Part shown: positions 10,401 to 20,500 of the stretch, one piece after another
How positions within the stretch are numbered: the stretch's first letter is position 1
Layout of the letters: every line of letters begins with the position of its first letter
Translations under genes and position numbers: made by a program
Notes under the pieces: generated by a model
What the model was told of the DNA's origin: nothing
Database searches by the model: none
The model's input: the letters and a program-made list of their open reading frames with translations, nothing else
Source of the DNA: Limisphaerales bacterium
GTDB lineage: Bacteria > Verrucomicrobiota > Verrucomicrobiia > Limisphaerales > SXQI01
Direction of reading: 5' to 3'
Assembly (NCBI GenBank): GCA_044226545.1
Contig: JBGAGW010000010.1
Span: forward strand, 73,706 to 137,705
Length of the DNA: 64,000 bases

Positions 10401-10530
10401 TGCACACGAAGAAACACGAATGAAACCGGGAGTGCTTTCCGAGTGCGGCCGATTTGAAATCCAGACGCCGTTTTAGGAGCGAGAGCCGTTCGAAGCGAGC
10501 TGACCAGATGATTCGTGTCCATTCGTGGTT
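10393..10530. repeat. CACGAAT-type MITE-like element, long copy
   Basis: Left arm ...cacacgaagaaacacgaat, right arm attcgtgtccattcgtggt; interior blocks (cgatttgaaa, tcgaagcg, cagatgattcgtgt) shared with 43625-43776. Confidence 0.75.
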
Positions 10531-10542
10531 TCTGCTTACGAC

Positions 10543-11709
10543 TCACGCTGCCTTCGGAATCTCCCTTTCGCCACGTAACCGCCGAATTACATCCGGCACA
10601 TGCTGCAGGACATAATCGATCTCGTCGTCGGTATTGTACTTGCCAAGACTGAACCGCACCGAACTGCGGGCCAGGTCCGGTGGCAAACCCATCGCTGTCA
10701 AAACATGCGAAGGTTGAACGGATCCCGTGGTGCAAGCCGATCCACTCGAAGCGCAAATATCAAGCTGGTTCAGCAGGAGAAGAATGGCTTCGGCCTCGAC
10801 GTTGGTGAACCCGATGTTGCTCGTATTCGGCAAACGTTCGCGCTTCGACCCGTTGCGCATCGTTCCAGGCACCGTTCGCAAAATCGTATCTTCCAGCCGA
10901 TCCCGCATCTTGCGCACTCGCGTGTTTTCGTCGCGCACATTGCTGATCGCCAACTCCGCCGCGCGCCCAAAACCCACGATATACGGCACGTTCTCCGTCC
11001 CGCCGCGGCGTCCGCGCTCCTGTTGGCCCCCAATCACCATCGGTTGAAATTGGCGCCGCTTCTTCACGTACAGCGCGCCGATCCCTTTCGGCGCATGCAG
11101 TTTGTGCGCGGACAAAGAAAGGAAATCCACTCCCATCGCTGCCACATCGATCTTCACCTTGCCGGCTGCTTGCACCGCGTCTGTATGAAACGGGATATGA
11201 TGGCTCTGGCAAATCGCCGCGATTTCATCTACCGGAAAGAGCACTCCCGTTTCGTTGTTCGCCCACATGATCGAAACAATTGCGGTGTCCGGCCTCAACG
11301 ATTCAACTAGCAATTGAATATCGATCGAACCATCCGGTTCCACCGGCATGAAAGTGATATCGTAACCCTGCGCCTGAAGAAATTTGCAGTACTTGATATT
11401 CGCCGAATGCTCGACCGCAGTCGTGATGATGTGCTTTTTCCCAGGCTTCGTCCGAATCGCGCTATGAATCGCTGTGTTATTGCTCTCCGTACCGCAACTG
11501 GTGAAAACGATTTCGCGCGAGTCGGCGTTGATTAACGCCGCCACTTGTTCCCGCGCAGTATCCAATGCGCGAACCAAATCATGGCCGAACGAATAAGCGC
11601 TCGACGGGTTCCCCCATTCCTCCGTGAAATATGGAAGCATCGCTTCCAACACTTCCGGCGCGACCCGGGTGGTCGCATTGTTATCCAGATAAAAAAGTTT
11701 GCGTTTCAT
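10543..11709 (-). CDS. nifS: Cysteine desulfurase (NifS/IscS family)
   Basis: YLDNNATT, HTDAVQ, PLP lysine SAHK, catalytic SSGSACT. Confidence 0.95.
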   Translation of the reverse strand: MKRKLFYLDNNATTRVAPEVLEAMLPYFTEEWGNPSSAYSFGHDLVRALDTAREQVAALINADSREIVFTSCGTESNNTAIHSAIRTKPGKKHIITTAVEHSANIKYCKFLQAQGYDITFMPVEPDGSIDIQLLVESLRPDTAIVSIMWANNETGVLFPVDEIAAICQSHHIPFHTDAVQAAGKVKIDVAAMGVDFLSLSAHKLHAPKGIGALYVKKRRQFQPMVIGGQQERGRRGGTENVPYIVGFGRAAELAISNVRDENTRVRKMRDRLEDTILRTVPGTMRNGSKRERLPNTSNIGFTNVEAEAILLLLNQLDICASSGSACTTGSVQPSHVLTAMGLPPDLARSSVRFSLGKYNTDDEIDYVLQHVPDVIRRLRGEREIPKAA

Positions 11710-11838
11710 GCGCGCGACTCGGCTTCGAGCCGCACCCGCTCACCTTTGCACAAACCCGCGGGACCCGACAGTGCGAAACTTGCTCAAGATGCACCAAAAT
11801 TGGTTGAATCACACCGCACCAGTTGACAATCTTCGTCC

Positions 11839-12765
11839 ATGCCACCGAACTTCTCGCGCCGAAGCTTTTGCAAAACCGGCCTTTTCGCACTCGCTGCCGC
11901 AACCGCCTTGAAATCACGCGCCCTCGAACCGTTCAACCGTTCCGGCGCTTCGCGCCTTCGCTTGAGTCTGGCCGCCTACTCTTTTCGTCAGTACTTCAAA
12001 GACGGCGAACGCGGTCAGACCAAATTGATTCCGGCAGAAAAGCAGATGGACATGATGCGCTTCATCGACTACTGCGCGGAACAAGGTTGCGATGGCTCAG
12101 AGGTGACGAGCTACTATTTCCCGAAAGAGCTCAATACCGAGTACCTGCTGAAGTTGAAGCACCATGCGTTCTTGCGCGGTGTGGAAATCAGTGGAACAGC
12201 GGTGGGAAACACGTTTACACCGCCCGCCGGCGACAGACGCACGAAAGAGATCGAATCGGTGAAGCGTTGGATCGATTATGCCGCGATTCTTGGCGCGCCT
12301 CACATTCGCGTCTTTGCCGGAAGCCTCGATAACCAAACACCCGAAACCGCGAAAAAGAACTGCATCGAAGCGCTGAGCGAATGCGCAGATTACGCCGGCA
12401 AAAAGGGGATCTTCCTTGGTGTAGAGAATCATGGGGGAATTGTCGCTGAACCCGAACCGCTGCTCGACATCGTCAAGAGCGTGCAAAGCCCGTGGGTCGG
12501 CATCAATCTCGATACCGGGAACTTTCGGACAGACGATCCTTACAAGGATCTTGCGCTGATCGCGCCCTACGCAGTGAACGTCCAAATCAAAACTGAGATC
12601 GCCCCGCGCGGACAAAAATCACAGCCTGCGGACCTGAAACGCCTCGGCCAAATTCTCCGCGACGCACATTACTCCGGATATGTAGCTCTCGAGTACGAGG
12701 CGGAACAAGACCCCTTCACCGCCGTCCCGCGTGCACTTAGCGAACTGAAACAAATTTTGCATTGA
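11839..12765 (+). CDS. Tat-exported sugar-phosphate isomerase/epimerase TIM-barrel protein
   Basis: SRRSFCK twin-arginine signal, HIRVFAG, GVENHGG, NLDTGNF, VALEYE. Confidence 0.88.
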   Translation: MPPNFSRRSFCKTGLFALAAATALKSRALEPFNRSGASRLRLSLAAYSFRQYFKDGERGQTKLIPAEKQMDMMRFIDYCAEQGCDGSEVTSYYFPKELNTEYLLKLKHHAFLRGVEISGTAVGNTFTPPAGDRRTKEIESVKRWIDYAAILGAPHIRVFAGSLDNQTPETAKKNCIEALSECADYAGKKGIFLGVENHGGIVAEPEPLLDIVKSVQSPWVGINLDTGNFRTDDPYKDLALIAPYAVNVQIKTEIAPRGQKSQPADLKRLGQILRDAHYSGYVALEYEAEQDPFTAVPRALSELKQILH

Positions 12766-12767
12766 GG

Positions 12768-15700
12768 TTAATGGCTCTCACTATCAGCACGAGTTTGCGC
12801 GTCGGGGCTTGTCAACTCGCTGATGCGCGCGCCAATCGTGGCCAGATGATCGAGCCGATTCTCTGGCTGATGCGCCGCCCAACAAATTGCTCGCAAAAGA
12901 ATTCCGCGAAATAATGGGTCGTCAAAGGTCCACGTATAGTGCCCGGGGATCGAGACAAAAACCCGGCCTTCACCGCGCTGATGGGTCCAGAAGAGCGGGC
13001 GCGGTTTGCCCTCTTCCACGTTCGTCCCGAGAACCTGGATGCCCTTGGAATCGCCGACCAGATCCCAATAGCTTTCATCGTGCAAACTTAAATGTGACAA
13101 TCCCCGAGTGATCGGATGGTCAGCCGAGAGTTCCATATCGAGCTGGCCGTGACGGAACTTCGATTGGCCGCCCCGCCAGGCAAGACCGATGCGTTCGCTG
13201 AGTTGCGGAACTGCGTCGTGACCATCTACAGCAAAGTGAATGTAAACGAGCCCTCCGCCCCGCTTCTGAAATTCGTCGAGTTCCGACACCCTGCCCGCAG
13301 ACCAGCCAGGATTGTTTGAGTAGAAGACAATTACGTCCGTTCGCCGCATCGCTTCAAGCGATGGCCAGCCCGAGTTGGTTGAAACCGTGAGATTCTCGTC
13401 CATCGCGAGCAGTCGCGACCAACGCTCCAGCCAAAGCGGATAGTCATGCTCGTCCGTGCCGTGATCTTTCGGTCCTCCACTCAGCAATACTCGGAAGGGA
13501 GCGCTGTTCGTTTTCGACGGGGGATGCAAAAAAGCCTTCACTTCGGAACGCGTTCGCGCCGGGGGCGCATTTGGAATATGAATCGTCGCGGGCTGCAACG
13601 GAGGAATCAGCAGAAACGCGAGCAAGTCTTTGAGCTGCTCATCGGCCAACGCTTTGTCCAACCCCTCGGGCATCAGAGAGGTGCCGGTCGGCTTAATGGA
13701 TTTGATTTTTGCTCGCGAAAACGTTTTACGGCCCGCGGCATCCGCAATCGTTATTGCGTCCCGCGCGTTACTTTGCAGCACGCCGGTGATCTCTTCGCCG
13801 TCGGCCAGTTGCACAAGGTATGAAAGGTGATCCGGGTTGAGCGCTGCGTTCGGAAAACGAATGTCTTTGAGGACGCTCGCATAGTCGCGGTGAATAAGAT
13901 TGGACAGGTCAGGGCCGACACTGTTTCCCTCGCCACGAACCGAATGGCATTTGTAGCAGGTCGCAACTTCGCCAAAGAAGAGGCTCTTGCCACGCGACCA
14001 ATTACCGCCCGCGAGTTCCTGCGGCGCCACGGGCGCGGAATCGTCAGAACCTGGCGTCGATTCTGGTTTCGCCCAGGGCATGAAAAATCTTCGGAGCGGA
14101 AAGGCCCGCTGGCGCGAATCGTCCGCGGTCGACCACGCCGCTGTGAGTGTCGGAGCCGTGGTCGTTGTTTGCATCGTGATCGCGAACGGCAGCCACCCGG
14201 TCTGGCTTGAATGGTGAACTTTGACTTCATTACTGCCGCCAGCTTTCACAGAGCTTACGGTCTTATCCGCGAAACGAACCTGGAAAGGCGCTGATGCCGA
14301 AAAAAAGACGGTTACCTCTTCAACCGGCCGTTCGTAATCCAACGCAGCACCTGGCTGAATCGCCGGTTGGAGCATCTGCCATAGATCCAGTTGGCCATGA
14401 ATGGTCAAGGCACCTGCCGTTTGCAACTTCGGCCATAGGGCTTCGTGCCTCGCGCTAAGTTGCGTAAAACTTTCCGCAACGGCGAAATCAACGTGCGGCA
14501 GCCAGCCTTGCCACTCCTGCGACCGGTCAGCTGATTGCCAGCGCAGTTCCACACCGTTGGCATCAGTCGCCAGATCAACGTCACGATGCTGCGGAAGAGC
14601 GTCGACTGTGTTCTTCGCATGTTCGAATCCGCTCAGAGTGATTCCATAGTTCGCCGCTGCATCTGTCGCGCGCGTGCGCAACAGCAGCGTCCGGCCATCT
14701 GGAGTGATGCTGGCACTCTCGACCGGCAGATTATAGCGAGGCGAACTCATCTGGTGGTAAATCACAGCATAGCCCGGCCGCTTCAGCTCAAACCGATCTC
14801 CGGCGCTCACGTATTTCCCTTGCGTGATGTCCACGCGCTTCGCCACGTCCTTCAAACTCGTGGGATCGAGCGGACGGTCGAAAGCGATTTCAAACTCGCC
14901 CGCGGCGGGCATGCTCACGAGGACAGGCTGAGATAAATTGGTTTCCGCATAATGAACCTTGTAAAGCCGGCCAGATCCGGAAGGGCCACTCCCCCAATCC
15001 GGTTCACCACCGTGGGTAGCAATCAGGAGATCGCCCTCCGGGGAGACACACGCGTCAACCGTCAGCGACGCGAGTGACGCGATAAGCTCGGACTGAGCCA
15101 CATAACCTGTCGCGGTTTTTACCAGTTTGGTGCGCCAAAGTTTCCCGCGCGAATAGCCGGAGACGATGGCATCGCCCGCCCAATGCGCCGGACCAAAGAT
15201 CGGCCCCCCATTAACCGGCTCGTTAAAGTTCAATCCGCAGGTGGATTGATGTTGCGGCCCGTAATCAAAGACGCTCGGTTCATCGATGACCCGTGGGAGA
15301 TGTTTTGGGTGCCGCGGGGGAAAACCGTAGTGACGCCCCGGCTGGATGTAGAGCAGTTCATCAAGCGGATTGCCGTTAGGCAACCATGTCGCACCCTCTT
15401 GATCGGTGCAGAATAAATCACCATTGCGGTAGAACGCGAGACCGACCGGAAAACGAATGCCGGTGCAGACGATTTCGCGGTGTTGGAAATCGGCCGAAAC
15501 CTTGATGATAGTGCCCCGCTCGTTCCGCAGATCGTAGCGCGCCTGACCTGTGCTTTTGTCGATCAAATAAGCGTCAGTGAAATTCGCGGTTCCGATTCCA
15601 AAGAACACGCTGCCGTCTTTATCCACTGCAACTCCCAGCGCATCGACCCCGTGGGATAGTTCCTTCCACCCTTCGGCCACCGTTATTTCCTGATCTGCCT

Positions 15701-16901
15701 GGTCATCCCTATTCGTATCGACGATTAACGAAACCTTTCCTTTGGATGCAACGAACGCCCCCTGCCCTTTCTGGTAACCGACCGGCGTTAAAGCCATACC
15801 GATGGGGGCGCGCAATGTATTGTTTGTCCAGAAAAGCTGGACACGATCTTCAAGTCCGTCGCCGTTCGTATCGGAAAGCAAAAGGATCTGCCCATCGTAT
15901 CCCAACGAAACGAGTTTCCCGTCGGCCCGATATTTCACGTTGTTAATATTGCGGAGTGAAACGGGCAATTCGCGGGCGGTAAATCCAGGAAGGAAGATCT
16001 GGACCGGCGGCAGATTGCTGACCAGCACGAGAGGTTTCGAATCGACATCTAAAACGGGCGCGCGCGAGAGCAGCTTCGCATACTTCTCTTTTAGATATTT
16101 CTCCACGCCAATGCGTTCTTCATCACTCAGTGCCCGCCCGTACACGAGCACCTCGGCGATATCGCCCTGGAAAAAGCCCTGAGCAAAAGGCGGGTCACCC
16201 TGGTTGGAATAACAACGTGCGCCCAGAACAAATTCGTCCATTGAAATTTCTGAATCCTGCCGATCGCGCGAACCCTGGCTTTTGCCATCCAACGTCAATT
16301 GCACCGCTTTGGCGCCGACGCGATCCAACAGACTGAACAGATGCCACGCCCCAAACGGCGAAGGTGGCTCGGTCAGCATTTGGCTGATTCCACTGGCTCC
16401 GGCGCCCTCCACGTTGAGGAGAGACAATTGCATGGAAGGGGACGGCCCGAAGTCAACATTCAGGCCAGTGGTATAGTCGTTGAACCCCGCCCGGGTCATG
16501 CCACACAAAGCACTGAACATTCCCCGATTCGCGTGAGGCGATGCCACAAGGATCAGAGTCAATTCCTTGAATTTGGTGCGAAGGCCAGTGGCCACGAGCA
16601 CGTCGTTCGTGCCATCGAATCGCAAATACTGAACGCCGGCCTCTTCGCGAAAAACCGGACGAGCCCCACCTTGAAGTTGTGCGAGATGCCGTTGGTGACC
16701 GGAGCCGTCGACCAAATAGCTGGCCAGCATTCCCTGCATGATGGGCTGCAACCCTATTTCCTTCCGCCCGGCAGTTTGGCGCGAACTGTCGAACCATAGC
16801 TCCAGTCCCTCCCTTTGTGACAGGCGAGGGTCGGTCCAGTTTTCAACTGCTTGAACGCGCAGCAAGGCGACCGCGAAAAGAACGCAGAGCAGGAGTTTCA
16901 T
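12768..16901 (-). CDS. Large PVC-type multidomain protein: LamG-like, dehydrogenase-type beta-propeller, c-type heme, ThuA
   Basis: Signal MKLLLCVLFAVALL, YLRFDGTNDVL, GIRFPVGL and CTDQEGATW propeller motifs, CYKCH...GPDLS heme domain, C-terminal ThuA-like (LHDESYW, GRVFVSIPGH). Start moved to 16901 because the upstream extension is a REP. Confidence 0.8.
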   Translation of the reverse strand: MKLLLCVLFAVALLRVQAVENWTDPRLSQREGLELWFDSSRQTAGRKEIGLQPIMQGMLASYLVDGSGHQRHLAQLQGGARPVFREEAGVQYLRFDGTNDVLVATGLRTKFKELTLILVASPHANRGMFSALCGMTRAGFNDYTTGLNVDFGPSPSMQLSLLNVEGAGASGISQMLTEPPSPFGAWHLFSLLDRVGAKAVQLTLDGKSQGSRDRQDSEISMDEFVLGARCYSNQGDPPFAQGFFQGDIAEVLVYGRALSDEERIGVEKYLKEKYAKLLSRAPVLDVDSKPLVLVSNLPPVQIFLPGFTARELPVSLRNINNVKYRADGKLVSLGYDGQILLLSDTNGDGLEDRVQLFWTNNTLRAPIGMALTPVGYQKGQGAFVASKGKVSLIVDTNRDDQADQEITVAEGWKELSHGVDALGVAVDKDGSVFFGIGTANFTDAYLIDKSTGQARYDLRNERGTIIKVSADFQHREIVCTGIRFPVGLAFYRNGDLFCTDQEGATWLPNGNPLDELLYIQPGRHYGFPPRHPKHLPRVIDEPSVFDYGPQHQSTCGLNFNEPVNGGPIFGPAHWAGDAIVSGYSRGKLWRTKLVKTATGYVAQSELIASLASLTVDACVSPEGDLLIATHGGEPDWGSGPSGSGRLYKVHYAETNLSQPVLVSMPAAGEFEIAFDRPLDPTSLKDVAKRVDITQGKYVSAGDRFELKRPGYAVIYHQMSSPRYNLPVESASITPDGRTLLLRTRATDAAANYGITLSGFEHAKNTVDALPQHRDVDLATDANGVELRWQSADRSQEWQGWLPHVDFAVAESFTQLSARHEALWPKLQTAGALTIHGQLDLWQMLQPAIQPGAALDYERPVEEVTVFFSASAPFQVRFADKTVSSVKAGGSNEVKVHHSSQTGWLPFAITMQTTTTAPTLTAAWSTADDSRQRAFPLRRFFMPWAKPESTPGSDDSAPVAPQELAGGNWSRGKSLFFGEVATCYKCHSVRGEGNSVGPDLSNLIHRDYASVLKDIRFPNAALNPDHLSYLVQLADGEEITGVLQSNARDAITIADAAGRKTFSRAKIKSIKPTGTSLMPEGLDKALADEQLKDLLAFLLIPPLQPATIHIPNAPPARTRSEVKAFLHPPSKTNSAPFRVLLSGGPKDHGTDEHDYPLWLERWSRLLAMDENLTVSTNSGWPSLEAMRRTDVIVFYSNNPGWSAGRVSELDEFQKRGGGLVYIHFAVDGHDAVPQLSERIGLAWRGGQSKFRHGQLDMELSADHPITRGLSHLSLHDESYWDLVGDSKGIQVLGTNVEEGKPRPLFWTHQRGEGRVFVSIPGHYTWTFDDPLFRGILLRAICWAAHQPENRLDHLATIGARISELTSPDAQTRADSESH

Positions 16902-16960
16902 TTGAAGAACGAATGATAACGCGATCAAATCCGTAGAGATACAACTTTGTGGGCCTTGGA

Positions 16961-17067
16961 GGAGCGCGGACATTCTTGTTCGCCTGTTTTTTTGCCCTGA
17001 AAGTGATCTTAGCGGCTCTGCGCGAGCCCAATGACGTCCGGACTTGCGACAGAAATGTCCGCGCTCC
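16961..17067. repeat. REP-like palindromic element, GGAGCGCGGACATTCTTGTCCGC family, copy 2
   Basis: Left arm ggagcgcggacattcttgttcgc, right arm gcgacagaaatgtccgcgctcc. Confidence 0.75.
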
Positions 17068-17094
17068 GCCCGCGTCTGTTCTAACAATTTCCTC

Positions 17095-17142
17095 TTGCAC
17101 AGGTCGATTACTTATGTAATCTAATCACGGTTTACAACTGTA
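17095..17142 (+). promoter_or_regulatory. blaI promoter with two BlaI/CopY-type operators
   Basis: TTGCAC-16nt-TAATCT; perfect inverted repeat gattac-ttat-gtaatc (17106-17121); canonical TACA-AC-TGTA box (17133-17142) 4 nt before the ATG. Confidence 0.75.
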
Positions 17143-17146
17143 GTAC

Positions 17147-17530
17147 ATGAGCGAGCTTCCAAGAATTTCCGACTCTGAGTGGGATATAATGAAAATCGTT
17201 TGGGCTTCGTCCCATCCAATCTCCGCAGCGGAAATCATCCAGCACCTGAACAAGGACCAGCGACGTCATCCCCGCACGGTAAAGACCCTGCTGAATCGAT
17301 TGGTAAAAAAGGGAGCGCTCACGTTCGGCAAGGATCGTCGGGAATATTTATACCAGGCGAAGGTGAGCGAGAATGCTTGTGTGCGGGCCGAAAGCGAGAG
17401 TTTTTTCGAACGAGTCTTCGGCGGCGCACTGCACCCGATGCTGGTGCAGTTGGTGCAGGAGAAGAAGCTCTCGTCTGACGAGATCAAAGAACTCAAGCGC
17501 ATTTTAAAGGCTAAGGAACAAAAGGATTGA
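17147..17530 (+). CDS. blaI: BlaI/MecI/CopY family repressor
   Basis: ISDSEWDIMKIVW, TVKTLLNRLVKKG, FFERVFGG. Confidence 0.95.
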   Translation: MSELPRISDSEWDIMKIVWASSHPISAAEIIQHLNKDQRRHPRTVKTLLNRLVKKGALTFGKDRREYLYQAKVSENACVRAESESFFERVFGGALHPMLVQLVQEKKLSSDEIKELKRILKAKEQKD

Positions 17531-20500
17531 TTATGCAAGAGTGGTTCAGTTCATTGACTCAGGCAGGGGGTTGGGTGCTCAAAGCATCAGGGCAGGCTTC
17601 AGTGCTCATTCTGGTTGTCATGGCGGTGCAGGGAGCGTTGCGATCCAGGCTTTCCCCGCGCTGGCGTTTCGCGCTCTGGTACCTGGTGCTCGCACGCTTG
17701 CTGCTGCCCGCTTTCCCAGAGAGCGCGGTGAGTATTTTTAACCTCGCGCCGACGCGATCAATTCAGTCAATGCGCACGATTCAAAATCAACCTACCGCAC
17801 CCGATCCGACGCCCCTTACGAGGACGCATACGATGCCAGAGCCGTTGGCTTTTCCGGAGACTACTGTCGAACCACTAAACGAGTCCCGCTCACCTGCTCC
17901 TTTACTTCCAAGCGAACCGGCGTCAGTTACCCAGGCGCGTGTTTCAATTCTACAAATGCTCGCGGCAATTTGGCTGGCCGGAATGTGTGCTCTCGCTGCT
18001 TGCATCCTGTTAGGATTGCGGGGTATGTCCCACCGGCTCCGCTGCAGCCAACCTGTGGAAGATAAGGTAATTTTGCAGCTCTTAGAGCAATGCAAAGCCA
18101 GAGTGCAAGTGCGACAGAAGGTCCGCGTTTTCTCCTCCGATCAGTTTCAGAGTCCCTGCCTCGTCGGCTTTCTCACGCCCCGTTTACAATTGCCGGGCAA
18201 ACTGCTGCAAAGTTTCACGGAACAGGAGTTGCGCCTGATCTTCCTTCACGAACTCGCGCACGTGAAGCGTCGCGACATCCTCATCAACTGGCTCTGCACC
18301 GTTGCGCAACTGTTGCATTGGTTTAATCCGCTGGTGTGGTTCGCTTTCAGCCGGATGCACGCACATCGGGAGGTCGCCTGCGATGCCCTGGCTTTGACAG
18401 CTGCCGGCGAACAGGAACGTGAGGTGTACGGGGACACGATCATTCGCTTACTTGAAGGCTTTACTCCAGGATCAACGGTCGCCGGCAGCGTTGGAATTCT
18501 GGAGGACCGCCATCAAATCAAAGAACGCATTCGAATGATTGCCCGATTCAAAATTGCATCACGCTGGTCCCTGCTCGCCGCGCCATTACTGCTGGTCATC
18601 GGCGTACTCTGCCTGACGGATGCCCAAGTCTCGGTTCCGCTCGCCACTCCGCAGCAGACGGGCGCAAATCCCTTGAATCCTAAAATGGTGGTAAAAGTTC
18701 TGAACGAGAACGGAAAACCGCTCGCAAACGTCCCGGTTCAGGCGAATTTTTTCACCGAAGACGATTGGGAAGGGCATGACGTTGTGACGGACGCGCAGGG
18801 ATTTGCACGTATCCCGCAGCCGAATCACCCCGAACAGCCGATTCGCGGGATGAACCTCTGGGTCGTTTCGCCAAATCATCCGCCAAGGGTCGTTCGTTGG
18901 AACCAATACAATATTCCCGTCGAGTACACGTTTAAGCTCACCCCCGGAAAGGCATTGAGCGGTCTGGTAATTAACGAAAAGGGCCAACCGGTGGCCAACA
19001 CCCAGGTTCGAATTCAGGGCCCTGGCGTTCAGGGCGATCATGATGAGGAGATACAATTCCATGGGCGTCTCAACAAAATGATCACTGATGCCAACGGCCG
19101 CTGGAGCTGCAATTTCATCCCGCCCGACTTCAAGGAATTGCGGATGATCCTGACGCATACGAACTACGCCGTTACGGAAAAAACGCTCAGCTTGCCCGCT
19201 GCATTCAGCGAAGAAAACCGGATTACTCTCGCGCGTGCGAACACGATCATGGGCCGTGTCTTCACGGATACCGGTGAACCCGTGGCGGGGGCAAGGATTC
19301 GGGAAGTGCACAATTTCGGGTGGCGCAAAGCGGAAACGAAAACTGATTCAGAAGGGAACTTCATTCTTCAAGGGCTTCGGACCGGATCAACCTTGATCGT
19401 TGTCCAGGCGGACGGACGCGCTCCAGATGGAAACACGGTGGACATTTCCGGCGATGTAAACGGCATGGAATTCCGTCTGAAGAAAGGTAACCGTTTCTCG
19501 GGGCGAGTGATCGATCAGGCGGGGCAGCCTGTCCTGAATGTCGAAGTCGGAATTGGCTCCGATAACCAAGGACTGAAAAAAGTGGAATTCGAAACACATA
19601 CCGATGCGCAAGGCCGGTTCGAATGGAATTCCGGGCCAGATGAGGCACTTCTCTTTTACGTACGGGGGAAAGGAGTTCGTTTCGTGCACGATTTGAACCT
19701 TGGCCCAGGTGAGCACGAAATCAAAGTTGTGCGGGAGGAAAGCGACCATATTCTCATCACCGGGAAGGTCGTAGACGCCAAAACGGGCCAACCGATTTCA
19801 GAATTCCATATTACCATTGGCGAGGAATGGAACGGCGACATGGTGAACTGGACGAGTCTTGGAACCGACGGCCACGCGGGCGAGTTCAAACTTCCTATCG
19901 GCAAACCGGCACGCTATCCGCGATTCGTTTTGCAAGCGACCGCTCCGGGATATTTTCCGACGTTATCCAGCAATCTTACGATGGAAGGCGGTGATCAAAC
20001 CATAGAGTTGCGCATGCCCAAAGGGGCTCCTCTTGCGGGAACCGTAGTTTTCTCCGATGGAAAGCCGGTGAGTGGAACGCCAGTATTTCTTTGTGGTGCC
20101 CACAGTGCGCCATACATGGATAAGCCAGGGCAGGTCCAAAACGACATGGAGGGCTATTCCACCACCACGGGGACGAACGGAGCTTTCCGATTGAATCCAA
20201 TCGCGCAACAGCACAGTGTTGTCATCGTGCACCCTGACGGCTATCTGGAAATCCCGGTGGCTGCGTTTGAGGAAACGAACCGCTTTGTACTGCGGCCTTA
20301 TGGTCGGGTGGAAGGAATCCTTTTTGTGAACGGCAAGCCGTCGGCTGGAGAAACAATCACCGTCAGTTCGATGCATTACCGTTACGGCCTGCCCGGGACA
20401 CCCAAGCGCGACTTTCCTTTAATCAACATCTATCTTTCTGCAACAACTGACCCGTCCGGCAAGTTCGTGTTCGATAAAGTCCCTCCCGGAGATCGACAGA

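Noticed and set aside
16902-17087. N-terminal extension of the 1439-aa ORF
   Set aside because: It is a translation of a REP element; the signal peptide starts at 16901.
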